In this document: piece after piece, positions 39,350 to 53,766 of the stretch
Layout: every line of letters begins with the position of its first letter
Numbering within the stretch: position 1 is the first letter of the stretch
From: Eledone cirrhosa
Lineage: Eukaryota
DNA: 64,000 nucleotides
Reading direction: 5' to 3'
NCBI GenBank assembly: GCA_964016885.1
Contig: OZ024741.1
Span: forward strand, 283,650,001-283,714,000
The notes under the pieces: model-generated
What the model saw: only the letters and a program-made list of their open reading frames with translations
What the model was told of the DNA's origin: nothing
Databases searched by the model: none
Translations under genes and position numbers: made by a program

Positions 39350-42300
39350 GGAAGAAAACTACATTCTTTTGATCTTCTTGCGTTAGATCACGTATGTGCT
39401 CAATCTCGGTTTGACTTGGCTCCTAATGCTATTTTAACAGGTTTTTTTTCACCTACTACAATCTGCATCACATTCCTCAAATTCTGTTACTTGTATTCCA
39501 AGAAGCTTAATATTATATTATTTTTCACCTTATACTTGTTTCTAAGAAAAGCTCTTCTAATGTTTTGCACCACCATCTGAAGTTGGCCATAAGTGAAAAT
39601 TTGCAGTAGTCTTCATCATTCATTCTAGCAATATCTTAATTGAAACTGTATCAAGAAAGCATCTATGCTTTGTATATCACATTTATGAAACAACTGTTCA
39701 TTTGAGGCTTTGTTTCTCCATCTAAAACCACAGATATTTCTAAGACATCTCTTGTGATCAATATCTAGCTGTGTGATATGTTTTTATATGGTGCCCACAA
39801 TTCAGATCCATACAGAAGTGTTAAGATGACTACTGCAAGATAAACTGAGATTTTGATTTTCAAACTCAATTCTCTCTCATTCCGTACCCTTGCTTGCAGC
39901 TTTCCAAAGGCAACTCTAAAGAAGCACTAGAATTGATTTCACTTCCTAAGTATGGGAAGGAATTTACATACTTTAAAGGTTGTTGCTCACAAGAATTTGG
40001 AGGTTTGACATCACCAAACTAAAACACTCCAGTACAGCCAGCAAGTTTGAAGCAGTTCTTTAAAACACATTCTCTGCCTTAGAAGTCATTCCATTAGAAA
40101 CATCAGAATAGTGGGAAAGCTTAAAGGAAGCAATTACAAACAGTTGGTGGAGAAATACAGGGGTACAAGAAGCCCATCAGAGAAACATGGATTAGTGACC
40201 ACACATGGCAACTAATTAGGGAAAGAAAAGCTCAACATCAAATAAAGCAGAACAATGATGAGAACCACAGTGTGTTACAGAAATATACTGAAAAAAGACA
40301 AGGAAGTAAAATACAATGCTCAAAAAGAGAAACGTCTGTGGATGGAGAGCCATACTAAAGAAGCAAAGGTCAGTGATAAACAAAATGATATGCATGCTGT
40401 ATCTCAGATTGCTAAAAAGATCACTGGTACCTCTAAAGCACGTCAGGCCCAATCAAGGCAAAGGATGGAACCCTGCTGTCCAAAGGCAAAGATAAACTTG
40501 CGATGGATTAAGCACTTCAAAGAGTTACTAAACCAACCTAAGCCTGACTCTCTGGCAGTAACTGAAGAACCCTCTTATCATCTCCCAATTAACACCAGTG
40601 ACTTCTCAAGAGAAGAAATACAGAAGGCCATCAAAACCCTAAAAAACAATAAGTCACCAAGTATGGATGGCATTACTGCAGTGATGCTCAAAGGCAGAAG
40701 GGAATATGTCACCACATAGATGTGTCAGTTATACAACCAGATCTGGAATACAGATTATATACTGAAGGACTGGAAAAACAAAGCAGATGTCTGCATCCTC
40801 CAAAAGGGTAATCTTGCAGAATGGGACAACTGGAAGGAAGTAATACTTTTATCCACATCAGGAAAGGTGTTCTACAACGTTATCCTGAATCAAATGAAAG
40901 AGGCAGTCGATCATGCTTTGCATGAGCAACAAGCTGGATTCCAACCCAAATGCCCCTGTGCTGATCAAATATTTACTCTATGACATCATTCTTCTTGCCA
41001 TTACATTCATTGACTTTAGTAAAGCATTTGATAGCCTTCACAGACCATCCTTAGGGAACATCATCTGAGCTTATGACATGCCATCCAAGGTTGCCTCAGC
41101 CATCAAGGATTTATATAATGGTTCACAATGTGTGTAAGAACTGAAATGGATATAATGAGTGGTTTGAGGTCATCATAGGAGTCTGCCAAGATGTCCGCTG
41201 TCTCTGATTTTTTTTACTTTGGCTATCAACTGGATTCTCAAAAGGGCAGCAGAAGATAAGGGGATTGACTGGCTAGAGGAACAGCTCTCAGACCTTGACT
41301 TTGCAGATTATATTACAGCCATGGCCAAAAATACATCTGACTTGCAGTATCTGATGAGATAGAGTCATCTGCAGCCAGCATCGTTCTCCACACCATTGTC
41401 GTAAAACTAAGAACATGCTAGTTGGTATACATCAATCACCAACAAACGCCTGCATCAATCTGGAGAGTGTGGAGGTTGTGGACAACTTTCCCTACCTCAG
41501 AAGCTCTATCAGCAGAAATGGGGACTAGGTGAAAGAAATTAATTGTAGAATAGGTAAAACTCCAGCTACCTTTAAGCAACTCAACAAGATCTGGAGAAGC
41601 AAAAACTTTCACTTGGTACCAATATGAGTTTTTACAACAGCAATGAACTTTCAATGATCCTGTAAAGGTGCGAAACATGGAATGTGAAGACCTGCCAAGA
41701 GAACCAATTAGATGATTTTGACATCAAATGCCTATAGAAAATCCTTGGCATCAGGTAGGATGACTTCATTACCAACAAAGAAGTCCATCAACAAACCCAT
41801 TAACAACATTTATCTAACATCATGTGCAAGCTTCGACTTGGTTGTTTGGGACATGTTACATGACTCTCCAGAGAGTGATATACTAATCAGGTCCTGTATT
41901 GGTATCCCCATGAAAAGAGGTGAAGAGTATGTCCCAAGATGAACTGGCAGCAGACAATCAACAGAGACCTGAAATCCATCAACAACTTTGAAATGATGCA
42001 TTGATAGATACAACTGATTGTGGTCATTGGAACACTTCATCTGCCTCATGCATCTTAAAATGCAGAAACTTCTAAGTCTAAGTAAGTCAATAATTTGACA
42101 TGATGGTGCACTGTATGGGGGCAAAGGTAGTGTTATACCTCTTCTTTGAATAGGTGTTGGTTTTCGCTGGTATATGACTTTTTTAAACTTATTGTTAGAC
42201 CAAATGCTTTTGCTGTAGAGGAAAACTGGCTTCTGACTTCTTGTGCTTCCTAGAAAGAATTAGCTACAAGAGTCACAAGATGTCTAAAAGCATTTTCGTC

Positions 42301-43200
42301 CTCGTAAGTGTCTTCACTTAAAATCTTTGGTGATTAAAGAGTCCAACTGATGTTCTAAATTTAAACAAAATATCATTATTATAGTCCTTGAAAGCATACT
42401 CTAACATCAAAGAAAAGAAAATAGTAAACAAAACAGGCACCATTACACACCCCTGCTTTGTTCCATTTTTTACACAAAAAGGATCTGACGAACAGCCACC
42501 TGATTTAACAGAAGTTTGCATGATTTCATGAAAGGATATTATAACACTGAACATCTTATTAGAAATACCAATCTTCAAAGCATTGCGACTGATGGAGTCA
42601 AAAGCCTTTGTCATGTCAACAAACACTATGAATAGTTCGCTGTTCTTCTCCTGTACTTTCTGAGCAACTTGCCACAAACAATATTTCATGTCTGTAGTTC
42701 CTCTCCCAGCCCTGAAGCTACACTAGGATTATGGATAAACCGATTCTATCAGATTGAGTTATTATTCTGTTGAGAACAACTCGAGCTAGGATCTTGCCCA
42801 ACACAGAAAACAGTGATATACTCCAATGATTGTCACTCAATTATTTTTTCCTTTTCATTTACATAGATGGGTGATAGATGAGTCTTTAAATTCCTGAAAA
42901 ACCTGACTGTTCTTCCAAATCAAAAAGAACAAATCCAAAAGATTATGCACAAGTACTTTACCTCCATATTTGTACACCTCATCTGGTATAGTATGATCAC
43001 CAGGTGATTTACCTGATACCATTTGTTTTATAGCTGTTTTGACTTTGGTATATGTTGGATCAAAGTCCAAATCAGAGATTAAAAGAATCTGGCCTTAAAG
43101 GAATTGAATCAATGACATTGTGATCCATATCAGATGAAGAATTCAAAACTGTTTCAAAGTGTTCTATCTACTGATTAAGAATATAGCTTTTATCTGTTTG
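39350..43200. mobile_element. Nested decayed RTE elements (plus-strand copy about 40030-42030 within or between minus-strand BovB-like remnants)
   Basis: RWIKHFKELLN, KSPSMDGI, QQAGF..CADQIFTL on plus; KSPGDHTIP, FVDMTKAFDS, GTKQGCVM on minus. Boundaries approximate. Confidence 0.72.
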
Positions 43201-43264
43201 CAAAGTAAATGCTACATAATACCAGTGAGGACTCAAATAGAAGGTTTTAAGACCTGTTGAACAG

Positions 43265-44584
43265 TTTGTGATACTCTACAAGACTGGCCATGGTTATAAA
43301 TTCTGTGTCAATAAAACTAACCATCTCCTGTATATGGATGATCTAAAGCTGTACACTGCAGATGAGAGACAATTTGAAAAACTCCTGCAGACATTACATG
43401 AATTCACAAAAGAATTAAAAATAAAATTTGGACTAGAAAATTTGCCAAGATAATTTTAGAGAGAGGAAACCTATTGAAAAAAAATATATAATGCTAGACA
43501 AAGAAACTAAAATGAGAGAATTAAATTAAACACAGACATACAAATACACAGAAATCAATGAACTAGACAGGGTTCAACACATACAAATGAAAGAAAAGAT
43601 AAGAAAAGAATACTATAGAGGGATTAGATTACTACTTAAAACAGAACTAAATATAAAGAATAAGGTAATTGGCAATCCCAGCAATAAGCTACAGTTTTAA
43701 TATTCTGAACTGGTCATTAAAAATACTAGCTTGAATAAACATAAAAACAAAAAAAAATAACTACATTTAGTATATACCATCCAAAATCAGATATAGAAAG
43801 AATGTACATACCATAAATGCAGGGAGGAATGGGCCTTAAGCAACTAGAAAACTATTATAAAATAACTACTGTAGGACTACAAAAATATCTAATGAAGAAT
43901 AATGGAAAGTTAATACAAATAGCTATGAAAGATGAACAAAGCAAAATATTGTTTTCTGTCTTCAACAAAGCTAACAAATTCAAAACAGAAGCTGGATTGA
44001 TAGATAAATGTGAGGAATATTTAGTCACAGAAGAAACAGCAACAGAAACTGAAAAAAAAGAAAATCCAAATTGAAAACAGATCTCCAGAATGCTATGCTA
44101 TAATGATGACTAGAAAAAAAACTTATATGGCCAATACCTGTTAAACCTGGAGGGAAATGGAGTAGTAAAATGTTCTTAAATGGTATCACTGGTTTAAAAA
44201 CTGGAACCAAAGGATTTGTAATTGCAGCACAAGAAACAACCAGAAACAACCAAATGTACATAATGAATCAGAACACAATAACTTCTAAATATATGATGGT
44301 GGGGAAGAAACAATTAATCACATTTTCTCTGGCTGCCCAGTCTGAGCCAAAAAGGAATATATTCACAATCATGATAGAGTGGGGTTTTCCATACATCGGA
44401 ATGTATGCCATCACTACAAAATACCAATAGAAAACAGGTGGTAAAAACATACACCAGAAAAGATATCAGAGAATGACAAAGCACCCATACTCTGGGATAT
44501 TCAAAACCAACAAACTGGATATTTTAGTCAAAGACCACAAAGAAAATAATATCTTCTAATTGATGTATCTATCCCCACAGAAGA

Positions 44585-44618
<34 letters not shown>

Positions 44619-44650
44619 TCTTCTGTGGGGATAGATACATCAATTAGAAG

Positions 44651-44689
<39 letters not shown>

Positions 44690-45780
44690 TGCGCATGAAA
44701 GACGACAGCTGTATAACAAAGTGCAGGGCAATAAAGATAGACGGTAGCCACGGAGTAGGCAGACCCAGAACAACATGGGACGAGCTGATAAATTCCGACC
44801 TCACACGCTTACACCTCTCCAAGACAATGTCACTGGACCGAGACCTTTGGCGGTACTCAGTAATAGAGAAGACCCGCCTTACCTAAATACAAAGTAAAAA
44901 CCTACTACAGTCAGTAGGCATCTCTATCAAAACACACCCCCGTCCCACCACCCTCCACCCCACCCACACCGCCCCTTTCAATGTAAAGTTATGTTGGTCC
45001 CACAACATCCAGGCCGAAACAAATGAGATCGTGTAGGTGTCACGACAAAAAACACACAGTCCACGCTGTAAATGTGGCCGTGTAGGCAACACGGTAAAAA
45101 CCTCCCAGCCCCACACTGTAAATGTGGTTGGTGTTAGGAAGGGCATCCAGCTGTAGAAAACCCGCCAGACAGTCCACGCTGTAATGTGGCCGTGTAGGCA
45201 ACACGGTAAAAACCTCCCAGCCCCACACTCTAAATGTGGTTGGTGTTAGGAAGGGCATCCAACTGTAGAAAACCCGCCAGACAGTCCTATGCGAGCAAGA
45301 CAACCACTCTTGCCTCAAGTGGGAAAACCCCCGTCCAAACCCATGCAAGCGTGGAACACGGACGCTAAACCTGATGATGATGATGATGATGATGATATAT
45401 ATATAAAAAAAACAAGGAAATGGAGACATTATCCAAAAGTCTGAAGATAGAAATAACCCAAATGTGAATGATGAAAACAGAAACAATCTTTATAATAATA
45501 GGAGCTCTGGAAATGATAAAAAACCATGTAGACAGATAAAAAACCTTGTATACAGATACAAAACCAAAATCCCATGACTTACAAATATATATAGCATACA
45601 GTAAAAAATAATACTAGGCAATGCATACAAATTATGTATAGTACAAAGTGTACTATACAAATAACATAGATACTAACATGATACTATAGAAATAACACCA
45701 AAAACAACACTGCACACACCCAAAGCACACAGAGCTGTGCTCAGTAATGCAGTAACAACATGCAATAAAAATAACAATAA
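43265..45780 (+). mobile_element. Decayed R4/Dong-like LINE, interrupted by a foldback and an RTE insertion
   Basis: NHLLYMDDLKLY, GGMGL, GFVIAAQE, LWD..PDI..LIDVSIP; resumes near 45410 with IIGALE. Confidence 0.72.
44688..45395 (+). mobile_element. RTE 3' end with (GAT)n tail, flanked by (TA)n, internal ~115-bp duplication
   Basis: Highly similar to the reverse complement of 11777-12365. Confidence 0.9.
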
Positions 45781-45955
45781 TATTAATAGAGATTTCTAAC
45801 ATTGGCACAAGGCCAGCAATTTGGCGAGAAGGGAAAGTCAGTTGACTGGTATTTTATTTCATCGGCCTCAGAATGATGAAAAGCAAAGTTGATTCAGTGA
45901 GATTTTTTTAACAAGGACCAATAATAATAATTATAATAATAATAATAATAATAAT

Positions 45956-46510
45956 GTGATAGGCAGGGTGATCCACTGGCATCTATGCAAAGTAAACAAT
46001 TTACCACATTCTGAGAAGTGGTATGAGCATAAGGCAGAGTCGGTGATAGAAAACGATCAGGTGAAGGTGCTATGGGATTTTAGGATACAGATGGACAAGA
46101 AATTAGAACACAATAGGCCTGACCTGGTGGTTTTGGACAAGGAAAACAGATCGTGCCTGATTGTAGATGTAGCCTGCCCATTTGACACAAGAGTGCAAGA
46201 AAAGGAGAGGGAGAAAATTAACTGATACCAGGATTTAAAGTGGGAGTAAAAAAGGATTTGTAAATGCCATGAAATCAAGGTCATCCTGATTGTCATAGGC
46301 GCACTAGGTACTATCTCAAAGAGTTTCCAAGGATTGTTAAAGAAGATTAGTCCAGCCCCGCTTTTTGGAACACTTCAAAAGGCATGCTTGCTGGAAACAG
46401 CAAGAACCCTCCGATACATCCTGAATGTCTGAGGCTGCAGGTAGCAGCTTGATATTCATTTCAACAAACTTTCCAGTTAAATAACATCAATGACTGAGAC
46501 TCAAAGAACA
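45956..46510 (+). mobile_element. 3' fragment of a Dong/R4 LINE (restriction-like endonuclease) inserted in (TAA)n
   Basis: IHWHLCK, KWYEH, LWDFRIQ, HNRPDLVV, IVDVACPFD, IGALGT, LQKACLL; AAT repeats on both sides. Confidence 0.85.
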
Positions 46511-48604
46511 ATAATAATAATGGTTTCTTTATTGGCCACAAGGGCTAACAAGAAGAAAAACATTACAGACGACACAGAACGGAACAGGACGATACAAAGT
46601 GGGTTTTGGCTGTGTTAAAGAGATTATATTTAAAAAAATTCAAGCAACAAAAATTCCCCAATAGGGGGGAAACTTCCAAAGGCCACTCGTGGTGAAAACC
46701 ACACAAAAGACCATAGCCACCCTGGCAAGCACTCTCTCTCAGTTTTCCACTCCTCAGTCTACAGGCGCATACTCAGAGCGGGCCCGTTCACTTGGACCAG
46801 ACACACTACTTTCACCCACCTTTCAACAAACTTACTAGAAGACAGCACTTGCCTCTCCACCCTGATTTTCCTCTTCAAGTGAAATTTGAAAACGTTAATC
46901 AGGGATTCGCCGAAGAAGAAAGTGTCCCTCTTCAATCCTTTCAACAATAATAATGATTTCTTATTTAGGCACAGGGCCAGCAATTTTGGGGGGAGGGAAA
47001 AGTCAATGAAATTGATCCCAGTGCGTGACTGGTACTTTATTTTATCGACCCCGTAAGGATGAAAGGCAAAGTTAACCTCAGCGGGATTAATAAGCATTAC
47101 TAGGTACTGAACACATATCACAAAAAGTACTCTCAGTACAATAAAAAAAACAACACCAAAAACAACATCGCATGTACCCAAGGCACACAGAACTGTTCTG
47201 TAATGCAGTGATGACATTCAATAAAAATCATAATATAATAAAGGGAGGAGTGCGGGATTGTGTCCTGAATATATTTTTTTATCCCGTTAGTAAAACAAGT
47301 TGGATTACTTTGAATAAATAATGAATGAATATTACATAATTTATGTACTAAATTTCATAACTGTTGATTAAACATAAATATTATTATATATAATGATTGC
47401 TTATTTTAAGATTCAGTTCTTTTAAAATTTTAAAATGTCAATACTTCCAGTTATGATATAACAGACGCTATATCATATCGCTTATATAAATGTTCATATA
47501 TTTGCATTTTTATATCATAACGTTAATATTTCTGTCACTAATTTTCTCCTTTCTCGTTTTCATTACATTTCACCGTAATGCAGTTTATATATAATATTGT
47601 CTTTTTTAAATGTATCATGGATTACTTTACTGATTACAGAAGTCAGTGTAACACAGTCTCTCTTCAATTCCTGTGCATATTGTCAATTACGATTTTATTT
47701 GACATATCATATCTACATGCATATATCATCATCATCATCTTCGTTTAACGTCCATCTTCCACGCTAGCGTGGGTTTATATTTGCATATAATATCAAAATA
47801 CACACTATACATGCTGGCAGAAAACTACCCAAAGGGTGGTTTTCTGCTAGTAAGTCTAATGATGATAACAATAATTGTTTCTACTTTTAGCACAAGGCCA
47901 GCAATTACCCGGTGCATTAGTGGTGTTTTATTTTATCAACCCTGTAAGGATGAAAGGGAAAGCTAACCTCGGTGGGATTTGAACTTAGAATGTAAAGGGC
48001 CATAACTCTGTGTTGCAAAGCATGTTGTCTGATGCTCTATAACAATAATATTCATAAAATTGTGTATTATTTGAATTTCAGCCCAGTTAATAGCAATTAA
48101 AAGATAAGTAAAAGTACTTGCCTTCTCAATAGATCTGTTGAAAATACCTTATAATTGAACCAGTCACACCACTTATGAAAACCTGCTCAAGGATTGAGTT
48201 CTGCAAGTGTGTTTACAAGTCTAGTTGGCCTCTCGTGATGTCTGATTCAATAGATATAAATGTATCATAAAGTTTATTCAACCAGCACAATGCAAGTGGG
48301 ATTACAATAAATGAAAAGTGCCATTTTCACGGCTGACTAAACTCCAAGTAATTTTACATTGTTGTATGGAGACAAATAAAAAAATAAAAATAGATAAATG
48401 AATAAAAACGTGTTAACACACGTAATTAAAACGCAATTGATAATAATCAATTATATTAAGCCTTAATTAATCAAATTGAAAGTCAATCAAGACTAAAACA
48501 TCAAATATTTAGAGCTTGTTATCAATAATTTGATGTTGCATAACTATAAAAGTGAATTTCTAAGTCATAATGGTTAATGAAGTGTTACTATTGACTGTTG
48601 AAGA

Positions 48605-49005
48605 CATGAGATTTAGTAGTTAGGGGAGTTCCACTCACAACCATAAGGTTGCAGGTTTGATTCCCAGTGGTGCAGACTGCTGAAGACATGAGACATAGGG
48701 GTTAGGGGGTTAGGGGTGTTCCATTCACAATCATAAGGTTGTGGGTTTGATTCCCAGTGGTGCATTTATATCCTTGAGCAAGACACTTTATTTCAATTTT
48801 CTGGAAAAAAAAATGAATTGTACTTGTGATTCAAAGGGCCAACCTTTCCATACATTATCCTGCTGAATCTCTCTGATAATTACATTAAGGATACGTGTGT
48901 ATGTGAAATGGTCAGCTACTTGCATGTTCATTTCATGAGCAGGCTGTTCCAGGAATCAAAACAACTGGAGCACTCATTGTCGGCACAGATGGAGATCCAA
49001 CAGGA
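48605..49005 (+). mobile_element. Decayed tRNA/CORE-like SINE with duplicated head; related remnants near 34570-35070
   Basis: GGTTTGATTCCCAG B-box-like motif twice, then TCCTTGAGCAAGACACTTTATTTCA. Confidence 0.6.
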
Positions 49006-51010
49006 TCACTAGGTGATATTAAAGAGTTGCTTTTTTATATCAGTCATCTTATTGCAAGCAAGGCTGTATGGTTAAGAAGTTACCTTTGTGACCACATGGT
49101 TTTAGGTTCAATTCCACTGTGCAGAACCTACCTTAAGCAAACAATAGCAATACCACAATCAACTTTCACCTTTTAACATTGAAGTAAACTAGTAAATCCC
49201 AGAAGCAATTTAGAGGAAAGGAGCAGTCAGCTATATCAGCTCTAAATATAACTTTTTCCCATGTGTCCTCTCCATGGAGCTGGCATTACTAAGTAAAGGT
49301 GGAGATGAAACCAAGAGTACAGCTCTATGACCATTAAAATTATTTATCTAAAAATTCCAGTATGCTTCTTCTTTGGTATCCAGCAGCTACTGGGTGGCAC
49401 TGACTTCTGTACCTGTAAGTAGCTCACAGTAAATCTTCATGTATGAAATACAAAACAATGCATGCACCAATATTCAGTGATTTCCTTCATCGGTACTCCC
49501 ACAGCAATTGTTGACATTCTACAACAGCATGGAGTTCTTATAAGGATCACACTACAACAAAATGTGAATATCTGTGGTTGGAGACACTCTACAATAGCAA
49601 GGAGTCCTGCAATGGATCACACTGTCCCAAAGTGTATATGTTTATGACTAGAGTTTATCATGTATTCACATGAAAATCAGAATGTGAATAATACTATGAC
49701 ATCCACAGGTGGTGACACATTTGTTCTCTTAATAGAGCAAGTGATAAATGTGTAAGCTGGAATGTTTACCTGCAGGGGAAAATATTTCTTCACCTGCTGG
49801 GGAGTGGGAATTTTGAAAGCTGTAGCAAACACTAACCATGTGTACAAAACACTAGTACAACATAGGCATTGCATGTTCTACTGGATTATAGCCATCAATC
49901 TTTTAAGATTTCTCAGTCTTTAATTGACTATGGCTTGTATCATTGAGGTGTTGACTGTCCTCAGAATCATGTTGAACTCAAGATTGTAAAGTAGTGGTTT
50001 TGTTTCAAGCAATGAATTATGTTACTGAGCAAAGTGCATCATTTCATGTTTCTTATGAAATGCTACCTGCATAGGTATGAGCTGAAACAACAAAATGGGT
50101 CCCTATCATTAAAACACCCAAGAAAGTTCCTATGAAATGCAACCTTATTGGCAGCCAGTTCCGTCTGCATAGGTGATTTATTGCATTTTAGGGATTATTA
50201 TCCAAGGGTAATTTCAACCTGTCTTACATTGCAGCTAGTGCAACACTCTTTTGATGATAGCAGCTTAATTTGCAGAAGTGTTCAAAGCTGTTTCCCTTGT
50301 TTATTCAGCCAGGGGTCGATGTTAGTTAACACACTAATATCTGTTCCTAATTACTGTATTTAACCCTGCTGAGAAAACCTTATATATAATCAAATCAACT
50401 TTTTGTATTATAACTAGAATGTTATCTGTCATATTTTAGGTAATGTTGTAAATATACTTTTGCCGCTGTGGATAATATTAGGTAATGTTCCAATAGGTAG
50501 AATAATATTAATTTTACTTTGCTGAAATTTTATATTGCAAAATAAGGAAATAAATATTAATTTTCAAATAAAAATATTTATTGAATTAAAATAATATCAA
50601 ATAAAACATATTTCTTATGTGAACATGTGCAATAAATATATGTTATCAATAACAGTAATACTGTTTAACAACCAATCAATTAATTAATTACAAGTATAAT
50701 ATATAGAATAATTCCATGTAAGAAAATTAATGTAGCATGACAGTTTTAGCATGATCATGTAACCAACATTGAGTTGTATTTGTATTTATAAGTTGAACAG
50801 AAGTTGTTTCAAAAGTTCTTGTCATCCAAAAAAACAAAAGAATCCACAACAATCAAATTGCATGATTATCATTGAGATGTTCACTGATATTAAGCATGCT
50901 TTGGTATTATTCAATAATTTACAATGAAGGAAAATTAAAACAGATAAAAGGAAATCAATAAAACAAAACTAAAAAATTATTTTTGAGTTGTCAGTAGAGT
51001 TATAATCAAT

Positions 51011-51342
51011 CATCATTTCATTTTACGTCCGCTTTTACCTGCTTGCAAGGGTGGGACGGGAACTGATTCTGGCTTGATTTCTACAGCTAGATGCCCTTCC
51101 TAACACCAACCTCATTTACAGTGAGTGCTGGGTGCTTTTTGCTGTGGCACCTCCACGACCACTTTGCAGTGGAATGATAGGGACCCCAGTCCCTATCATC
51201 TCATTTCTACAGCTGAGTAAACTGGAGCAATGTGAAATAAAGTGTCTTGCTCAAGGAAACAACACATCACCCGGTCTGAGAATTGAACTCACAACCTTTC
51301 GATTGCAAGTCCAATGCTCTAACCACTAAGCCATGTGCCTCC
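51011..51342 (-). mobile_element. Full-length tRNA-derived SINE (tRNA head, CORE/V-like middle, RTE-like 3' tail), 9-bp TSD ATAATCAAT
   Basis: Minus strand: GGAGGCACATGGCTTAGTGGTTAGAGC (A box)...GAGTTCAATTC (B box), CCTTGAGCAAGACACTT, GGTGTTAGGAAGGGCAT tail. TSD at 51002-51010 and 51343-51351. Confidence 0.9.
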
Positions 51343-52312
51343 ATAATCAATGAAAGAATATAATGCTTTAAAGAATAAAAACTCAGTTTACAAAGTACAA
51401 ATATTTGTAATAGGGAATTGTAGCACACACAAAAAATATATATGATGGTTTGTTTATGTGTATGAACATGTTCTCTGAATAATATAATATCTTAGCGTGC
51501 TACAATGAATTGATTATCTTTATGAAAATGACTTTAGCTATAACTGGCCTCCTCCCTCCTCTGTCTACCTACCACTTTGTTTCTCTGGTCACATTCATAT
51601 TTACACTCTGTCCACTTTCATTTTCTAGGCTGCCACCTTCTTTCTAACCTCACTCTTTCTTATGTTTGCTTTAAAAGAATTGAGACTACATACAGTAAAG
51701 GTGTCTCTTTTGTATTGCAGGAGCCATGACAACCCCTCGAGTGTTGGTACCATGATAAAATACACCCAGTAGATGTGGTAAATAGATTGGCCATCAAATG
51801 GAGACAAAAAATCCTTTAAAAGTATTAAAGATAGGTACTAACTGTGTAAGAATATTAAAGCAGCATTGTATTATTGCAGAACACAAATGAAGGTTGTAAA
51901 AGCTGAAAAAGTTTTTTACATTAAGACAATCACAATGTACCTTCAATTACATACAGAGACTCTGAGTAGCATGGGAGCAAATCACTAGCGTTTCCAAAAT
52001 ATGTATATATATATATATATTATATATATATATTATATATATATATTATATATATATATATATTATATATATATATTATATATATATATATTATATATAT
52101 ATATTATATATATATTATATTATATATATAGTAATAATAATAAATTTGAAGACTAAAATCCAAAGAGGGCTCGATAAGGATAAATATATATCAAATATAT
52201 AAGAACCGTAGAGCAAATATTTATCAAAATAACAGATTAAGAATCGCTGCTTTCACCCTTAACGGGATCTTCTGAAACTATTATATATATATTATATATT
52301 ATAATGAAACAA

Positions 52313-53247
52313 TATAATGAAACAATTGTTTGGAAAAGGAGATATATTTTAATTATGTCTCATATAAAATAATACTACTGGTCTTCCGCAAAATACATAT
52401 AGTTAGCACCCCAAACGTAAAATTGGGATTATACTAAGGTATATCCTAATGTTTGTTGAGTGAGATGGAAGCCAGTCAGAGTATAGCTTAAGGCTTTCTC
52501 TGTTAATGTATTGAATATTATACTCTTGATTTGTCCTGAGATTAATACTTCCAGATACCTTTTAAGCGTAACTTTCCGTATTTATTATTACTATGTAACA
52601 TTGATTGTTATTCTGGTATCATGTCTCTGTTTTTAGCCTAAGAAAATACCTGTATGCGTGTATAAATAATACATGCATATATTTATTTTTTTAAAAATCT
52701 AATTGAGTTCTTCACACGCAAGGTTAAAATTGTTGAAAAAATTAATTGACCCACGTGTATATTATTTTAAATCCTTGTGTTTCGCGATTACCTCCCTTTC
52801 CACTTGAAGACAGTGTGAGACTCCTCATTCTGAGACTGCTGGAATTTCAAATTTGGCGGTCATTCTGATACGGAGAGAGACAACCGCTGACATGGGATTA
52901 AAACATCGGTAAGAAAATTTTTTTTATATCGATGTTTGACGGGCATCCACTGATGATTTATAAGTGCCCACCTGCATATATTCCTACGGAATGTTATGAA
53001 GGCTTCTACATAACACGGACACATTCTCCCAACTTGTAGAAAACTTATAATGAAACAATTGTTTGGAAAAGGAGATATATTTTAATTATGTCTCATATAA
53101 AATAATACTACTGGTCTTCCGCAAAATACATATAGTTAGCACCCCAAACGTAAAATTAGGATTATACTAAGGTATATCCTAATGTTTGTTGAGTGAGATG
53201 GAAGCCAGTCAGAGTATAGCTTAAGGCTTTCTCTGTTAATGTATTGA
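52313..53247 (+). mobile_element. Non-coding, HHR-bearing element with 202-bp terminal direct repeats (retrozyme / non-autonomous PLE-like)
   Basis: 52313-52514 matches 53046-53247 (one mismatch seen); period 733 bp; no ORF in the track; TA-rich arrays on both sides. Confidence 0.78.
52946..53067 (+). ncRNA. Hammerhead ribozyme with ~77-nt insert in stem II
   Basis: TCCA-CTGATGA-t-TTATAAGT...ACTTATAA-t-GAAACAATTGTT-TGGA. Confidence 0.75.
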
Positions 53248-53454
53248 GTATATATATTATATATATATATATTATATATATATATATATTATATATATAT
53301 ATATTATATATATATTATATATATTATATATATATTATATATATATATTATATATATATATATTATATATATATATTATATATATATATATATTATATAT
53401 ATATATTATATATATTATATATATATATTATATATATATATTATATATATATAT

Positions 53455-53488
<34 letters not shown>

Positions 53489-53729
53489 ATTATATATATT
53501 ATATATATATATTATATATATATATATTATATATATATATTATATATATTATATCTATATATTATATATACTTTGCCTTTCATCCTTACGGGGTTGATAA
53601 AATAAAGTACCAGTAATACACTGAGTATTTGCTGGCTTTGTGCCTAATGTAGAAACAATTATATATATTATATATATATATTATATATACATATTATATA
53701 TATATATATATTATACATATATATATTAT

Positions 53730-53766
<37 letters not shown>

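Noticed and set aside
48122-48200. Possible 5' UTR exon with a GC donor
   Set aside because: Splice-like signals only; no independent support.
49300-50400. Unique-looking segment with short ORFs, possibly a decayed transposase
   Set aside because: No motif I can identify with confidence.
51270-51342. tRNA-like sequence
   Set aside because: It is the head of a SINE with a tail and TSD, not a tRNA gene.
52240-52280. Minus-strand CAGAAGA-tCCCgttaaGGGt-GAAAGC
   Set aside because: U4 is changed and stems I and III are missing; at best a decayed HHR.
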